From Calcarisporiella thermophila CBS 279.70 (taxonomy: Eukaryota; Fungi; Calcarisporiellomycota): a stretch of 64,000 bases of DNA. Where the stretch lies: assembly GCF_041956535.1 (NCBI RefSeq), contig NW_027192191.1:1065443-1129442 (forward strand), read 5' to 3'. The notes beneath the pieces are model-generated. The model had not been told where the DNA came from and searched no databases. It worked only from the letters and a program-made list of their open reading frames with translations. Made by a program: the position numbers and the translations under genes. Below are positions 37,333 to 51,343 of this stretch, piece by piece. Positions within the stretch are counted from its first letter, which is position 1. The number at the start of each line of letters is the position of its first letter.

Positions 37333-39257
37333 TTACAAGTTTAATAAATTGTCTGTTAGAGAGGAGTTTTCGCTAGAAGAGGAAGAAGGGTTTGATGTTC
37401 TAGGTGTAGTTGAAGTTCGAAGTCGCGATGGAGTAGGAGTGGCTAAGGAGGAACGGCTACCCGATTGATCTTGAAGAAAATAGAACACGGTTAGATGAAA
37501 AGCAAAGCCGAAGCAATCTAGAATGCCTACTGTTAACTAATGGTGATCTATAGGATGCTCTTAACTGTCTGTCTGTATGCGCGGTCGGTGATGCCGGACG
37601 GCGTCCGGTCATTTTGAGTAGATTTTGCGCAGCACTTGAGAGGTTGGCCACCCTAAGGGATGGACTAATATAGAATAAATTTGGTTTAGAGAGATAGCAT
37701 TCTTATTAAAGTTGGCGTCGTCGTGTTTACCTAGGAAGTGTTCTTGGTGTGGATGGAATCGGAGCAGGTGTTCGACTTTGGGCTCGTTTTCGAATGCTCT
37801 TAGATGCTCTGTCTGAAAGTTTTGCAGCAATCAAATCTCGGCGGGATTGGGGTGGAAGTTTAAATTGTTGACCTGGAATTTAATACTTAGTATTCCTCAT
37901 ATTAAAAGGAAAAAATTCGAATACAACTCACCTGGTGTTTCTCCTCCTGATATAAGAAGGGGAGAGCCTTCTACAGTTCCCCAAGTCATAAGTGGAGTCA
38001 TCCCTCCAAGATCAGAAGGACTTAATGCAGGCGTTGCGGAAACAAGATTGTAGCCTGCAACATCTGGTGATGGAGCAGCGAGGGGATCTAAAATTAAAAA
38101 AAAAATAATAATAAAATGAGTATGAGTAAGGAAAACGAGTAACGTTAAGTTAGAATAAGTCGGTAGCAATACTCACAAGGAGTGCGAATGCCCTGTGCTG
38201 CATTAACCATTGAGGGTGGTAACATCGAGCTGGTGTTCTATTATTATTTACATAAATGGAAAGTCATATTATATACTCAGTAAAGAATACTCACGGTAAG
38301 ATTGTCATTTGTTTCTAATCTAGTATTACGATATAATATGGCCTTAGGATCTCCACGAATTTCTGAATTTTCAAGGACACTTCCAACACCTTCAGGGTTA
38401 TACATTAGAGAGTTTTTCACCTATATAGAAAATGAGAGGTGCAAGTGTAAAAACGGATTCTACAAAAGATGTTTATCACCTTATATTTCCATGTATCTAT
38501 CTGTGCATTTTTTGGAGCCTCTGTGAGCAAGTGGTCTTCGGACACCTTTGGCTTATCTTCTAATAGTAACTGTCCAGTTTCCTTATCGAACATCCATTTA
38601 TATCTTTCCCTTCGTTTGGCCTCAGCTTTTTCCATTAACTCTGAGAAAGATGCATTATCCTCACTAATGGTGCAAAAGCAAGGTTAGTGAATTCAATTGA
38701 ATGCGTGAAGTTATGTAGATTATAACAAACCTAGTATATTTCGCTTGAAACGCACTCAAAGACATATTGAGATCTAATTTATCTAAATTAGACGTCTCAT
38801 TGCTAACCTCCTCTTCACTCTCTTGAAAACTTGGAGTACAAGGTGTATCAAAGCCCTGTATGGGGGTTTCACTAAGTATTTTAGGAGTGGGAGCTAATAT
38901 TTTGTAGAGAGAGTTAATTAGTGAGAATTGGAATAAAATTTGCCAAAGGCGTTGTAATATACCAGGAGTTTTAAGTCGCGGTGTTTTGCCAGTGCGAGCG
39001 ATTTCGGTTAACTGATGATGTGCGCGGTTTATCCGCTCGGGATCACTTGATTCTATTGCATCGAGATATTCATGCTGAGCCTTTAATTTTGTAAGGTCGG
39101 GAAAGAAATCACGCTCGATAATGTAGCTCAGGGCGTCAGTGTAAGTGTCTTCATCCAGAACTAGTGGCTTGCGCTTTGTAGCTTTGGAAGTCTCAGGCTG
39201 CTCGTCCTGATTTCGTTTTACCACTGTTCTTTCTGATGCTCTCTCAGTAATTTCCAT
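37333..39257 (-). CDS. ESS2: Splicing factor ESS2/DGCR14 (nuclear protein Es2)
   Basis: VLDEDTYTDALSYIIERDFFPDL, LSAFQAKYT|SEDNASF, NSLMY.P, PLMTWGTVEGSP, DRQLRASY, C-terminal SLTDNLLNL*. Confidence 0.92.
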
Positions 39258-39656
39258 AGCAGATATTTGACAGATAAACTAGTCTATCACATTAGGAAAA
39301 ATGATGGTCTTTAAAGTATAAGTCGACGTCATTCGATTTTTTTTTGTGGCAGTTCTGATATTAAGATTTTCACGTCTTTTTTTCTTGGAGCCTCCAGTAA
39401 TTCATCGGCATCTCTCTCCATCGCTTCGCACGATCCTCCGCGTTCTTCATCCATCGCCTGCCACACGTTCACTTAGAGCTCCTTCTTCATCCCAAAGGAA
39501 CGAGATTTGCGCCACAAAGAACGCGTTAACTATCTTCCTGTGGCTCGTTACTGCTGATAGTGAAACGTAGTGTAGATCACCTTTCATCTGCGAATTTCCA
39601 ACAATCCTCAAATAGCTGAGAGAATTTTGACCATTAGAGCTAGAAATTGGTGATCT

Positions 39657-42600
39657 ATGACGACAGACCTGGATGTCTATGATTCCTTGCTTAAAGAAAT
39701 CCTAGACGAAGAAGTCATCTTTTCCGATGAATATTTATTAAAAGAAGGGACACCTGCTCAAGCTGATGACGAAACTGCTCAACTTTCACCCGATCTCCAG
39801 GTCGCTCTTGAAAGTGAAGATTTCGCTGAGAAATACATTGACCAACTGAAGCGATCCCTTAATACACCGAACAAAGCTGTACCAATTTCGCATCCTTTTC
39901 AAAACGGTGGCGGCATTAACGCTCGTAGTTCCAAGCATTACAAATCTAGACGGGATACGAAGTATTAATATTTACGAGCAATGCATTTGATGTATTACTC
40001 AAATCTGTTCCTACACCCTTTTCTTATTGTTATCTCTAGAGTTTCTTCTCATGGCAACGGTGAAAATTTAACAAATAGCAGCGACACCATGAAAAATCGA
40101 GGGCAACATTACTTGGCAAGATTAGGTGGGTATACTTATTCGGTTATTGAGTACTTAGATATATTGTATTAATATTCTTTTATTCATAGTCAATGGCGTT
40201 TCGTCTTTAGTAAATATTGAACAGGAATTCAATACCATTCGAATTCCAGAACTGGACCTCCCAAGTACGCCGGAAACTGCCATTCGCGGTGTTCTCTCCA
40301 AACTCTATGGACTCCAGGAAGATTTACAGATTCATCTCCAGGGTGGACCTCTTACCGATGAATCAACGCTGGTAGTTCACCGGCGAAAAAAGATCCAGGA
40401 ACTACTGGATACAATAGTTTCCGAGATTGCCGTTTATGAAGAATTTGTTAATCGATGTAGGAAGCATTGATCTTGAATTTTTTCTTTTGATCAGGTTTAG
40501 TTACATTTTTCTTCCATGATTAGCAAATACACTGAGCTTGGATAGGATACTCAATGAGCCTGATTATTCTGAAGAAGAACTGCTAGAATCTGAGACGATA
40601 GAGACGGAATCAGATATTTTCAACAACTTGGTACTATTTGATTAAACATTTATTGTTTTCTCAATTATTAATTTTTAATTTTCTTAGGACTCTCGTTCGG
40701 ATATTTCAAAGTTTTCTAGTACCCCAACCTCATCCCCTTCTCCAAAAACGTTCCGTTCTGGATTTCCTGAGTTGGGTAGACTTCGTGCCAGCTCTCCTAC
40801 TACCTCACGCAATTCGCGCACTTCCTCACCTTCGCTCTCGGAATTTGATCGTAGCGATTTCTTAGATCAATCCTCGGCAACACTGCAGCCATGGGAGGCG
40901 TTTCTATGGACACCTCTTATTAAAATATCTAGCCATCTCTATTCAGATTCGACTCGTCAAGAATATGGACTCCCGACAGTACTAGCCGTAAGTTTCATAT
41001 ATTTCTTAAACCAACCTATCTAGATAATTTATTAAGTCTCGATTATTAAATTGAACCATTGAAGGTTCGTGCTATTATTGCAGTTGGAACCACCCGTGGT
41101 ATGATACTCATTTACGACTACTCGCAAAACTTGCAATGTGTTTTGGGAAGCGATGCGATAGGTTAATATTTTTGATCCCACTACTATTACTTTCTCAATT
41201 ATTGACGTAGCGTTGCATTTTTTAGCATTAGAGCATGGAGCGGTCACTGCTTTGTCAATTTCTCCTGATCAAGTGCATGTTGCAGCTGGCCATGCGCGAG
41301 GTTTGATTCAACTTTGGAACATCTCGAAGCCTTCGACTTCAGCAAGAACAATTGAACCCATTGATGCTCCCGGAGTTAGCACAAAGGATGGCCATTTGAA
41401 GGGTACAAGCATTCTTCACTTGTCGTTTGTAGGTGTGAGAAGACAAGAATTAATATCGGCAGATGATCAGGTAATCTAGCTTTTAGTTTTGAAGCGAAGC
41501 AGAGTTTTATCGATTCGATATTAACATTTTCTAATTAATCCTAGGGCATGTCATTCTATCATGTATTTTACAAAATTTTGATGGTGAATGCGGTCGAAAC
41601 AACTCGAATACTGGGGCGTTACCCTTCTTCTACCTCTGTTACTACAAGTCCTGCCAAAAATAAACGACCAACTACAATTTTCGGGCTCGCAGCTCTTCCT
41701 CTTGGTCAGGCTCCTCACGCGACCGACCAGCATCATTTAATGGCAATCCTTACCCCTTACAAATTGGTAGTGGTCGGATTACGTCCCCGTCCACGTACTT
41801 ATTTTCGACAAATCCGCTTGAAATCGAAATTGGGGTCCCATAACGACAGAACACAAGGGGATGCTAATACATCTCCATCGAACGCCCTTTCAGGATGCTT
41901 GTCGTGGTTTCCTCCCACTCGGCGTGTTAAATCGAGCACCAATGCTGACATAGATCCATTGCTAGCTTTCGCTTGGGGATGTGATCTAACCATTTTACGT
42001 GCAAGCATACCCACGGATCATACCAGTAATAAGCGGCTTTCTCTTTTGTCAAACTCTAGTGCATCCAAAGAGGATCGCATTGAATTCGTCAAGGTGGGCG
42101 AATGGCGCTCGCGATTGCCTATCATGGCATTACAATGGATAGATCGGCAGATCCTTCTCATTCTTACAAATGACGAGCATCTCTTAGTTTTCGACCCACG
42201 TACCATGCAGCCGATGGAGCGCTGTGATTTGCATACTCAGCAGCCAATTCACCATGATCGTTTTGGGCACGCGTTGAAAGAGCTTTATGCTACCGGGCTT
42301 TCATCTAACGACACAAGCCCATCAGCTACAGAAGTCGGCAAACCAAAGGACATAGAGAAAGCTGTCATGGCGCCGGATATGGCCTATTTCCATAGTATTA
42401 GAACATATCGTGGCAAAACTTTTATACTTGGATCGCAACAATTAACCGTCGGTATGCTCTTATCTTGGGCGGATAGGATAATAGCGTTAGTACAATCGGG
42501 TGATTTTTTGGAGGCCATTTCGCTTGCCACGCAATTCTACAATGGAAAATCAGCGCATACGGTGGTGGGTCTGCCCGAGGATGACTCTGCGAGACGCGCA

Positions 42601-45600
42601 CTCGTTGGGCCCAAGTTGATAGAGCTGCTACAGGCCTCGCTTAATTATGCATTTTCTAATGAGCACACTTTTGCGATCGAGAATGATCCCTTAAGAGCGG
42701 CCGACACATCTGAAGGAGCTATTTCGTTATTTGCACCTAGCAACTCTGTGCTCCATCAGGATCTTGCAATGGTGTGCATAGAAGCCTGCCTGAGCATGGG
42801 TGAAGAGGATTATTTATTTGGAGAGATCCTTGAGCGTTATACGGACGCCCACATTCAAGGCACTTTTCTTGAAGCCCTGGAGCCTTATTTGATTGCAGAT
42901 CGAATTCGTCAGCCTCCACCGGGCGTGATCAAAGAATTTGTAGCGCATTTCCGGGCCCGTCGTTGGCTGGACCGCATTGAACGTACTATCTGGCACGTTG
43001 ATCCTGCGTATCTTGACATCGATCAAATTGTTCAGCTAAGCCACGAAGAAGGACTCTACGATGCGATGTTCTACGTATGGAACCGTGGGTTGGGTGATTA
43101 TGTGAGTCCAGTGATTGAGCTCCTCAAAGTTATTAAGCGAGCGTTATACTTCCGCCGACAACAGCAACGAATGCTCCATAGCACTCCTGCCTCTGAAGGC
43201 GATTTGACGGATCTGAATGACCAGTCGATCCAGGATCGAGAGGAGTTGGAGATGGAGCGTGCACGTAACGCGGCCAAGCTCTTCGACTACTTTGCGCACA
43301 TCCTTACTGGTCGATCCTATCCGGACAACACGCCAATCCCACAGAAAGAAGCTCTTGCAGCCCGAGCCACAGTGTATGGCTTTCTGTTCTCGGGACGGTG
43401 TGTTGTGTGGCCTCCAGTAGGCGGTAAACTTGTGCTCACCACCGATGATAGCAGTTCTCAGCTGGAGACAGAAGACGCGGATGCTCAAGAGCCTACTTAT
43501 CCGTATCTCCGGCAGATTTTGCGCTTTGATACAGCTTCTTTCCTGCACTCACTCGAAATTGCATTCAATGATCCCTATTTGAATGGAGGCGATATTTTAG
43601 TGAGTGGGACTGTGATGGGAGAAGAGATATTGGGTGGTAAAATGGTAAGCCGGCAGGTTATCATCAATACCCTCCTTGAGGTTATGACTGTGAAAACTGG
43701 TCGACCTGGACGAGGAATACCTCTTGGATCTGCAGCCCCTGCGGTGTCCAGGCGTATGCGATGGGAGGACGAAGAAGAGGAGGAGAGGTTCCGAGAACAA
43801 CTGAGACGTTCTCAGTCCGACTATCTGATGTCTGACAATGAGGATAGTGACAATGAGGGCGACGAGACAGAAGAGGAAGAAGCAGAGCTCTCTACCGCGA
43901 ACGTCACTCAATTATATGCGTTCATAGCTCGCAATCTGCCTAAATACACGACCTTCTTATTGCTTTCCCCGACCATGCTACACCGTATACTCACTGGGCT
44001 GTGTACGGACATGGATCCTGCTACGCGTAATTTGCGTGAAGAGGCCGTGCTTAGCCTGCTAGACGTATACATGCCTGCCGATGGGGACAGGATGAATATA
44101 CTTTATGAGCAAGCTGGCTTCTGGCGTGTCCTCGAAAATGTGTATCGCTCCGAAATGCAATACGGGCAGCTCACAATGACCCTTTTAAAGGATCAAGAGC
44201 GACGTGAGTTAGTGTTTGAGAGTGTACGTCAAATGCTACTTCCCTCATCCTCGAATAATGGGAATGATCCACCTCTAACTGAGCGTCAACGATCGGAGGT
44301 TGTAAACACAGTCATGACAAATTTGGAGAAATTTGTTGAAATAGACGGGGAAAAAACTGCTCGCCTCGTGCATGAGTGCCTAGAAGGAGATCACACAACT
44401 GCTATTGAGATATTGGAGGCGATACCGCGAAGCTTGTTCCATTATCTCCGCGGCTTATTGGAGCCAGAGAGCGGCTCTACTGCTACTAAACCCACCGATG
44501 AAGACCATGCACCCGTTGTGGAGGCCATGCCCGAAAATACACATACGGTAGCTTCATCTTGGCCAGCTACTATTGTAACTCCGCCCATGCACGAGCAATA
44601 TATCGAACTCATGTGTCAATACGACCCAACAGGCGTGTACAACTACCTTCGAACTCACCAGGATAATTCCTACCGATTAGAGCGAGTCCTTCCAATATGT
44701 GAGCAGTATGAGGTACTCGACGCTGTGGTATGGATTCTTGAACGGAGTGGAAACTCCTCACGGGCTTTGGACAAGGTTCTAAATGTGGTACGGGATCGCG
44801 TTGGAGCAATTGCGCAAACACTGGAAAATAGTGAGTACGGTGCAAGCGGTGAGAGGATATGGAGCGCGGAGGAGCGGGCCGAATTGCATGCATCATTAAT
44901 CAAAATGCGCGGTATGCTCAAGGTTGCCACAGAGCTCTGCGTGAATCGAAGTAGACGTGCAGCTATGACAATACAAGCTGTGGCCAACAAATCCCGAGAG
45001 CCGACTGCTGGGAAGTCCGCGGGGCATACTGATGCTCAGAAGGAGGCAGAAGATTTATGGCTCCGACTTTTGGATACATTTGCAGAAGCACGTCGCAAGG
45101 TCATCACTGCAATCGAAAAGGGCTCGAGCCGCTATTCTACTGACGACGAGCTCACAAACCATATAATCTCATCGCTGAAATCGTTTGTGCAGCTGATTAT
45201 GGATGCACTTCTGCTATCTGGCCCCTCTCTACAAGTGTCACTTTCCCGCCTGCTAGCAAGTTTGGTTCAGTCCCAAGCCCATGATAATACGGCCACGATT
45301 GGCGATTTACGTGACATTTTAATGGGCATGCTGGATGCCTACCGCTATGATGGCAACCTGCTCGCAATGACAAACCGCCTGTTTGACAATGATTTGTTTC
45401 TGGGCGTAGAAGGTGTGGTGAAAAGTAGGGGAAGAGGGTGGCGGCCGCGACGATCAGCTTGTGATATTTGCGGTGCAGCCTTTTGGGACACTGCCGCACG
45501 AACTGCTGCAACAACTCCCCAACAACGCGCTTCTGGCTCGAATGCAAATACGGATGAACAATTGCCAGATCAAGGAGCGGAATGCCCTGAAAGCTCTCAA

Positions 45601-45858
45601 GCTAGCACAAGTGCCGGAATTGCGTCCCATGATCACGACGTAATCATCTTTCGTTGTTCTCATAGTTATCATCGCAAGTGCTTAGAGCTGCAGGCTCCGG
45701 GTGTAATTCGCGACTCTGGCGAAAACCCCTACCTCTGCTGGATATGCGACACGCCTCCTAGTACAGTAAGACAGGAATACCAGTCACGTGCTGCTTCCCA
45801 ACAGGAGGCAGAAAGTGTCCCGTCGCTCAACCACAAAGGGAAAGGACGAGCTATCTAG
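39657..45858 (+). CDS. VPS8: CORVET subunit Vps8
   Basis: N-terminal WD40 exons, LLSWADRI...GDFLEAI, LDIDQI...LYDAMFYVWNRGLGDYVSP, YIELMCQYDP, C-terminal RING-like CxxC...CxHxxHxxC...CxxC. Confidence 0.92.
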
Positions 45859-46421
45859 TTGCTCTCTATTTCATTTTCTCATACAGTTTTGATGTGCTAT
45901 AGAGTTCTGAAAATTTTCGCTATTTTTGTTATCTATATCTATTCTTGTTCTCCCTTTGTCTTATTATACTCTATATTGTTATTTTCTCTCCCTCCCCTTC
46001 CCCCTTCAACTCATCTTCCTCCTCCTTTTTTTTATACATATATAAAGAATGATGTTTACTATTTCTTGCTTAATATTTTTTTCTTAGCAATCTTCATACC
46101 CTTCATTTTCCTTTCTCGCCTCCCCTTTATTTTTTTTTTTTTGAGATGTCTTTGAATGTAATGTTGAGGTTGGTGCCCAAGTATGTTCAAACTTCTTTCT
46201 ATTTCTGTTAATTTTTCAATTGCAATGTGTCAAAAAATATAAACTGTGTCAACACGCCTATTGATCCAAACAAATTCAAGCTAACCCAATTATTCTGATA
46301 TTTCGGGCTGAATTGCTAACCCCAATATCTACAAAGTCAAAGAAACAGAAATAATAAACAGGTGAGCTGAATACAAGCACAAATTTTTACAAAATAAATA
46401 ATAGTGTAAATAATAAGCCCA

Positions 46422-47914
46422 TCATTCCATGGAATTATCTTTGATATATGATGGAAATGCTGGAACATCTGTGTCGTGGTCATTATCCAAGTCTTCTGTC
46501 GTCACTTCTAGCTTGGCATCTTTGTCTTGCTTCTCCTCGTTTTCAGCCTCACCCCCAGGCTTGCGGCCATACACGCTATAGAAACACAAATTTGTTTTCT
46601 TCTCTTCCACATCCCTTCTTACATCGTCTAGCAACTCTGCAAACTCTTTCCTATTCATTCCCATGACTGTGGACAACCATGGGCCAAGCGATTCGGCCGC
46701 GCTCATCACAATATCGTTTACAAGTGCGCCAAGCCGTCCCTGCGAAGGATACATTGGAACTGTAAGTCGATGTGTCTTGATCTCAGTAAAACCTGCGTTT
46801 TTAAGCAACTTTGAAAGTTGAAGGGCAATACGAGACTCCATTCCACGCGCCTTTAAAGAAAACCTTACTACATAAACAGGATGCGTAATTGTAGAGGAAG
46901 AGGATGTCAGATACAGTGGCTTCAATACTTACACCCCTCAACCAGGCGTAGATGCGGGGGGCCTATGGGGGAGGCCCATATGTCCAACTCACACAGCTCC
47001 ACCCATCCACCAGGTTTGAGTATCCGATACATCTCCTGCAGCAGGCCCGGCCACTCGCTGTATTGATACGATAAAACCGCAAGGCGCTGGTAGACAAAGT
47101 AGAAATCATTATCGGGGAAAGGAAGTGGTTTCTCTAGCGCATTCTGAATCATTAATTGAAGATTAGACGGCAATTCTAGTTCAAAAGGGAACGTCGCGTC
47201 CGTGATGTCGATGCCTATAAATTTGGAGCGTGGATATTCGCTAGCCATTTCCTACTCGAAGGGGAATCAAGAGATCAGAACCACAGAAAAAGTATGGAAC
47301 ACAAAATTAGGAAACCGTATACCATTGTCCACGAAGATGTGCCACAGCTGCAATAAAAGTTTAAGGTTAGATTTAATTTAATCATCTTTCCCATCTAATT
47401 TTTAGGCATCAAGTATATAAATTACCCAACATCCAAACACCTCTCGCCTCGACATAATCCCCTCTGAACCGGCGCCATATGTTTACTGTTGAAAAGGCAG
47501 AATTACAAACCGATTTCTCTCATTAAGCTGCCAGTCAAAATTAGCAAAGAAAAAAAAATCAACGGATACTAACGATTGAAATGCCCATGTCAACATCATT
47601 TGCTCCTTCTCCAGCCTCTCTACCTCTTTCTCGTCTAGTGGCAATCTATACTGGAGTCCCTTCATATCCATGTACCGTCTCCCCTCGATCCATTTGAAGG
47701 AACCTACGGGGTTCAAAGTGACCCTGCTTTTTGTGGAACTCCTCCCTGAACTGCCTGAAGCAGATTGCTCATTCGAAGAGTCGTCTAGAGTAAAGATTTT
47801 TTCTGGTTGGCATGCCTTTGTCCCACTCTTCTTGTTTGCCAGACTGGACTTTACTCGAGTTGTGGAAGCTGTATTGGGATTTGGGGAAGAGCAACTAGGG
47901 TGGGTGTTTCCCAT
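46422..47914 (-). CDS. Class I SAM-dependent methyltransferase (LaeA/Methyltransf_23-25-like)
   Basis: YRLPLDEKEVERLEKEQ, LDVG|CGT, EMASEYPRSKFIGID, LPFPDNDF, EMYRILKPGGWVELCE; MGN start. Confidence 0.88.
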
Positions 47915-48730
47915 TATGAAGGTTTAAGAGGTTCTGGCAGTAACAGTTGCATTAAACTGCAAACACAAAGAACTTTTGTACAAGGGAGAAGGGGAAAGGG
48001 AAATATACTTAAATATGAAGAAGGGGTGGAAATAACTGCTTTATATCAATCCACCCGGAAAAAAAAATTTAAGTCTCACTTGTAGAACCTGGAAGTCTGC
48101 CTCTGAGTTATCGAAAGGCGGTTGGATTCAATACCTTGTGGCTAATATAAAACAAGAGCATGGCTCAAGCGATTTGGAAATTTGTTTCTTGATACTCACC
48201 AACAGCCAACTATCGAGCATCTTGTTATAATCCAGGAATGCCCACGTTCATTGTTTTGCATATATTACCAAAATATTAATTCGCCTCAATCACTACTTTA
48301 ATTATTGCTCTATTATCAAAAACAATTCTAAACTCTAGTTGCTACAGAAATATCAAATAACATCCTATCGTTAGAGCCTCGATGGCCTTAATGTGTTTTT
48401 AGGAACCTCAACCCATGCCTAGGTACACTCTCGTTTTAATAAATCAATCTTTTTCTATTTCGTTTATATTGGTAATTAGAATCAGTATGAATTGTTCATG
48501 CGCGTTGATTAAAATTCTGCGCACTCTGCATGAGCATGCTAGCCAAAAATAAAAATTGATAACAAGATATGTAATCTCTCATAGAAATGTAGAGATGAGC
48601 TCATCATTAAAGATGCAATATATTAAATAGCGCTATTATAATAAAGATATAAGAAATAAACGGGAGAAAGTAAGCGATCTTATTGAGAGTCCTTGAACAA
48701 TAAATATGAATGACTATAGTCTGATGTGCA

Positions 48731-50543
48731 TTAGATTTGTGCGGGGGACTTTCCGTTGAACAGCACTTCTTTGCCTGCAGCCGTCAGTTCAACCCGTCCG
48801 TCCCGGAACGGCAATTGGAAGAATAGGGGCTGGTGAACTTCATTGCGCTCTTTGAGCTCTGCCGCTTTTTTACGCTGTCGCTCTTCAAGCATAACTTTGG
48901 CTTGAGTGGCCAAATTATATTCACGTGCAAATATGTGAGAAGTAACTTCTTTCCAGACCCTACAAAGGAAAGGAATTCAGAAAATTGGTTGAGGAGTGCT
49001 TTTATATTTTGTTTTCCTTTACCGTCGAGATTCTAGGTGTCCCTGTTCTTCAATTGGACGCACAATCTTTGGAACCGGATAGAGTATGCTCAAATCCACT
49101 AATAACCTACGGTCACCGTCGCAAGTCGTCACCCAAACCTTTTCATGCCAACTGCCGTCTATTGTTGCAACGACGCGATCGTCGGGGACTTGCTTTAATT
49201 TCCGGATGTTCACCTCGGTCTCATTCGAGGGGTCATATCGGAAGACTAATCCTTCAACAAGGAACTTGGGTTTGCCAAATAGCCTCTACAAAGCGGAATA
49301 AGTAAGTGGATTCAGTCGATGGATGGTCAGAACTTACCTCTTCCTTGTACTCCACAATGGCCTTAAGCCCTGTTTTAGCACATGAAATTACAACCGTATC
49401 TCCCATTGTAATGTACAACGAACTCTTGAACCACCCGTGGACATACCCAATCGGATGTGTGCAGTGATATTCCTCCTCGTCTCGCTTCGTCAATCTTATA
49501 AAGAGTCCTTTGTTGTGCTCACCCGCGCCCACGCGCACCGTTCCGGCCGTCACGACAAACTGAGTGGCAATCTGGTCAATCCCATGCACCAGGATGCCCT
49601 TCTCCTCACACCAGTATGCATAGCCGCTCACAGGCGGATGATGTGAAGTTTGTTCTATTATGCATGTGAAGTTGTGTCTAGGAGCGGTTGCTTCCTCCGC
49701 TTCACTATATGATAGGCTTTGATCAGACACATGCGCAAGCTTGATATATTCCCCCGTGGAAGAGTCAAGTTGCGCACTTGGAACTTCCCAAGTGCAGTGA
49801 AATTGCTCTCCAAGAATAGAATTGTACGGTTTGAAAAGTCTCCCTTTCTACAGCATTAGGAGAAAACGGTAAAAATAAAAATCTGAAGCTAATCAAGTCT
49901 ACCGGTAATTACCACAAATTTAAGATCTTTGGAAAAGTTAAATCGTATAGTCGCAAGCATCCGTTCTAGCGGATCATCAGAATCACCGATGCTATTTTAG
50001 AAAAGAAAAGTTTCGGATCAATTTATGTCAAATCTATAGGACTTTAAGGGAAACCTACATAGCCGCAAAATCGGGTCTATCAAGATAGGTCCAATATTCT
50101 AGATTTCTATCATGTAAACAAAGAAATGATCGTTTAGCAATGGGTAATCTTGAGTGGCTGTATGGCTCTGAATATTTAAAAATAAAACAAACTACCCTAT
50201 AGGTTCTAATAGTTGCGAGGGCAAAGACATTCTCCTAAAAATGATAAAAAAAAAATAAAGATAATTTTTTGAGAAATTAGCAAAATTCTAGAGAGAGGGG
50301 AAATATTTACACTGAAGCAAGATCTTTCACTCCAATAAAATTCTTCAGCAGACCAATCGCGATCTTCACTTTGCTCTCCTTCGGTTCTGTCTCGTGGGGA
50401 GAACGAATGGCACGTATAGCATTCTCCTGAATTGCGATATCGAGAGGGGAATATTCACTTGAAAAGTATTTAGAAGAGGAAGGCGGGAAGTCAACACCAG
50501 AGTCAGCATTGGAAGCGGTGGAAGGATTGCGTGGGGGCGACAT
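48731..50543 (-). CDS. Oxysterol-binding protein family (short ORP)
   Basis: GVKDLAS.RMSLPSQLLEP, NLEYW, KPYNSILGEQFHC, EQTSHHPP signature, EQGHLESR, LEERQR. Confidence 0.92.
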
Positions 50544-51343
50544 CGTAATAAGAGAGTAATGGGAGAATTAGCGAAAAAAAATGATGTGCAGGAGAAGGAG
50601 AATGGAGATAAATCGCTCAAATGATAAAACGGAGGAGCGTGTTCTTAATCGCCGGAAGGACGCTTGTTTACTCCTTGGGCAGTAATGATGAAGAACACGG
50701 AATTTCTTGAAGTAGCAAGAAAGGAGGTTGGTGCAGAGGAGAGAAACCGTTTCGAGAAAAAGAATAAGTCCTGTACCTGAAAATAGGAAGGCGGTCACGG
50801 CATGTGAATTTCGATGTCCGAAAATTCCCCCCACTCAGAAGGCAGGGCTCCCTTCACGTTGATGAGGTAAAGGAGAAAGCAATTCTTGAACGCATTCTGT
50901 ATACTTTCTCGTGAGATAGCATGCGCTCACGCGCCACGGTGCCTGCAGAGCTTAAATGAGGATCAGCTGCGGTAAAGGCCTCGCCCGTCTCCAGTGCACC
51001 CGAGGCCCCAAAAATGAGTAGCACCGGAGATGAGAGTAGTCATAGCCCTCCACAGAATTCTGCAAAGCTCTGAAATTAAAACTAAACTAAAATAGGTAGA
51101 GGGCGGCCTGATGTCAGAAATTATCTAGAAGTCTGGGGCGCCAGGCTTAACCGGCTCTGTGTCAATCTATCAAAGATTTGAGGTTGTTTATAGGTTTGGG
51201 ACTATCATCCATGTTTGCATTAGGAGAGGACTGTTCCGTAAAAGAAAAAATAAACAATATATCATCATCTAATAAGAACAAGCAAAAAAAAAAAAAGAAA
51301 TGTCATATTCTATAAAAAGATTGCAGAGCAAAAACGGGCCCCC

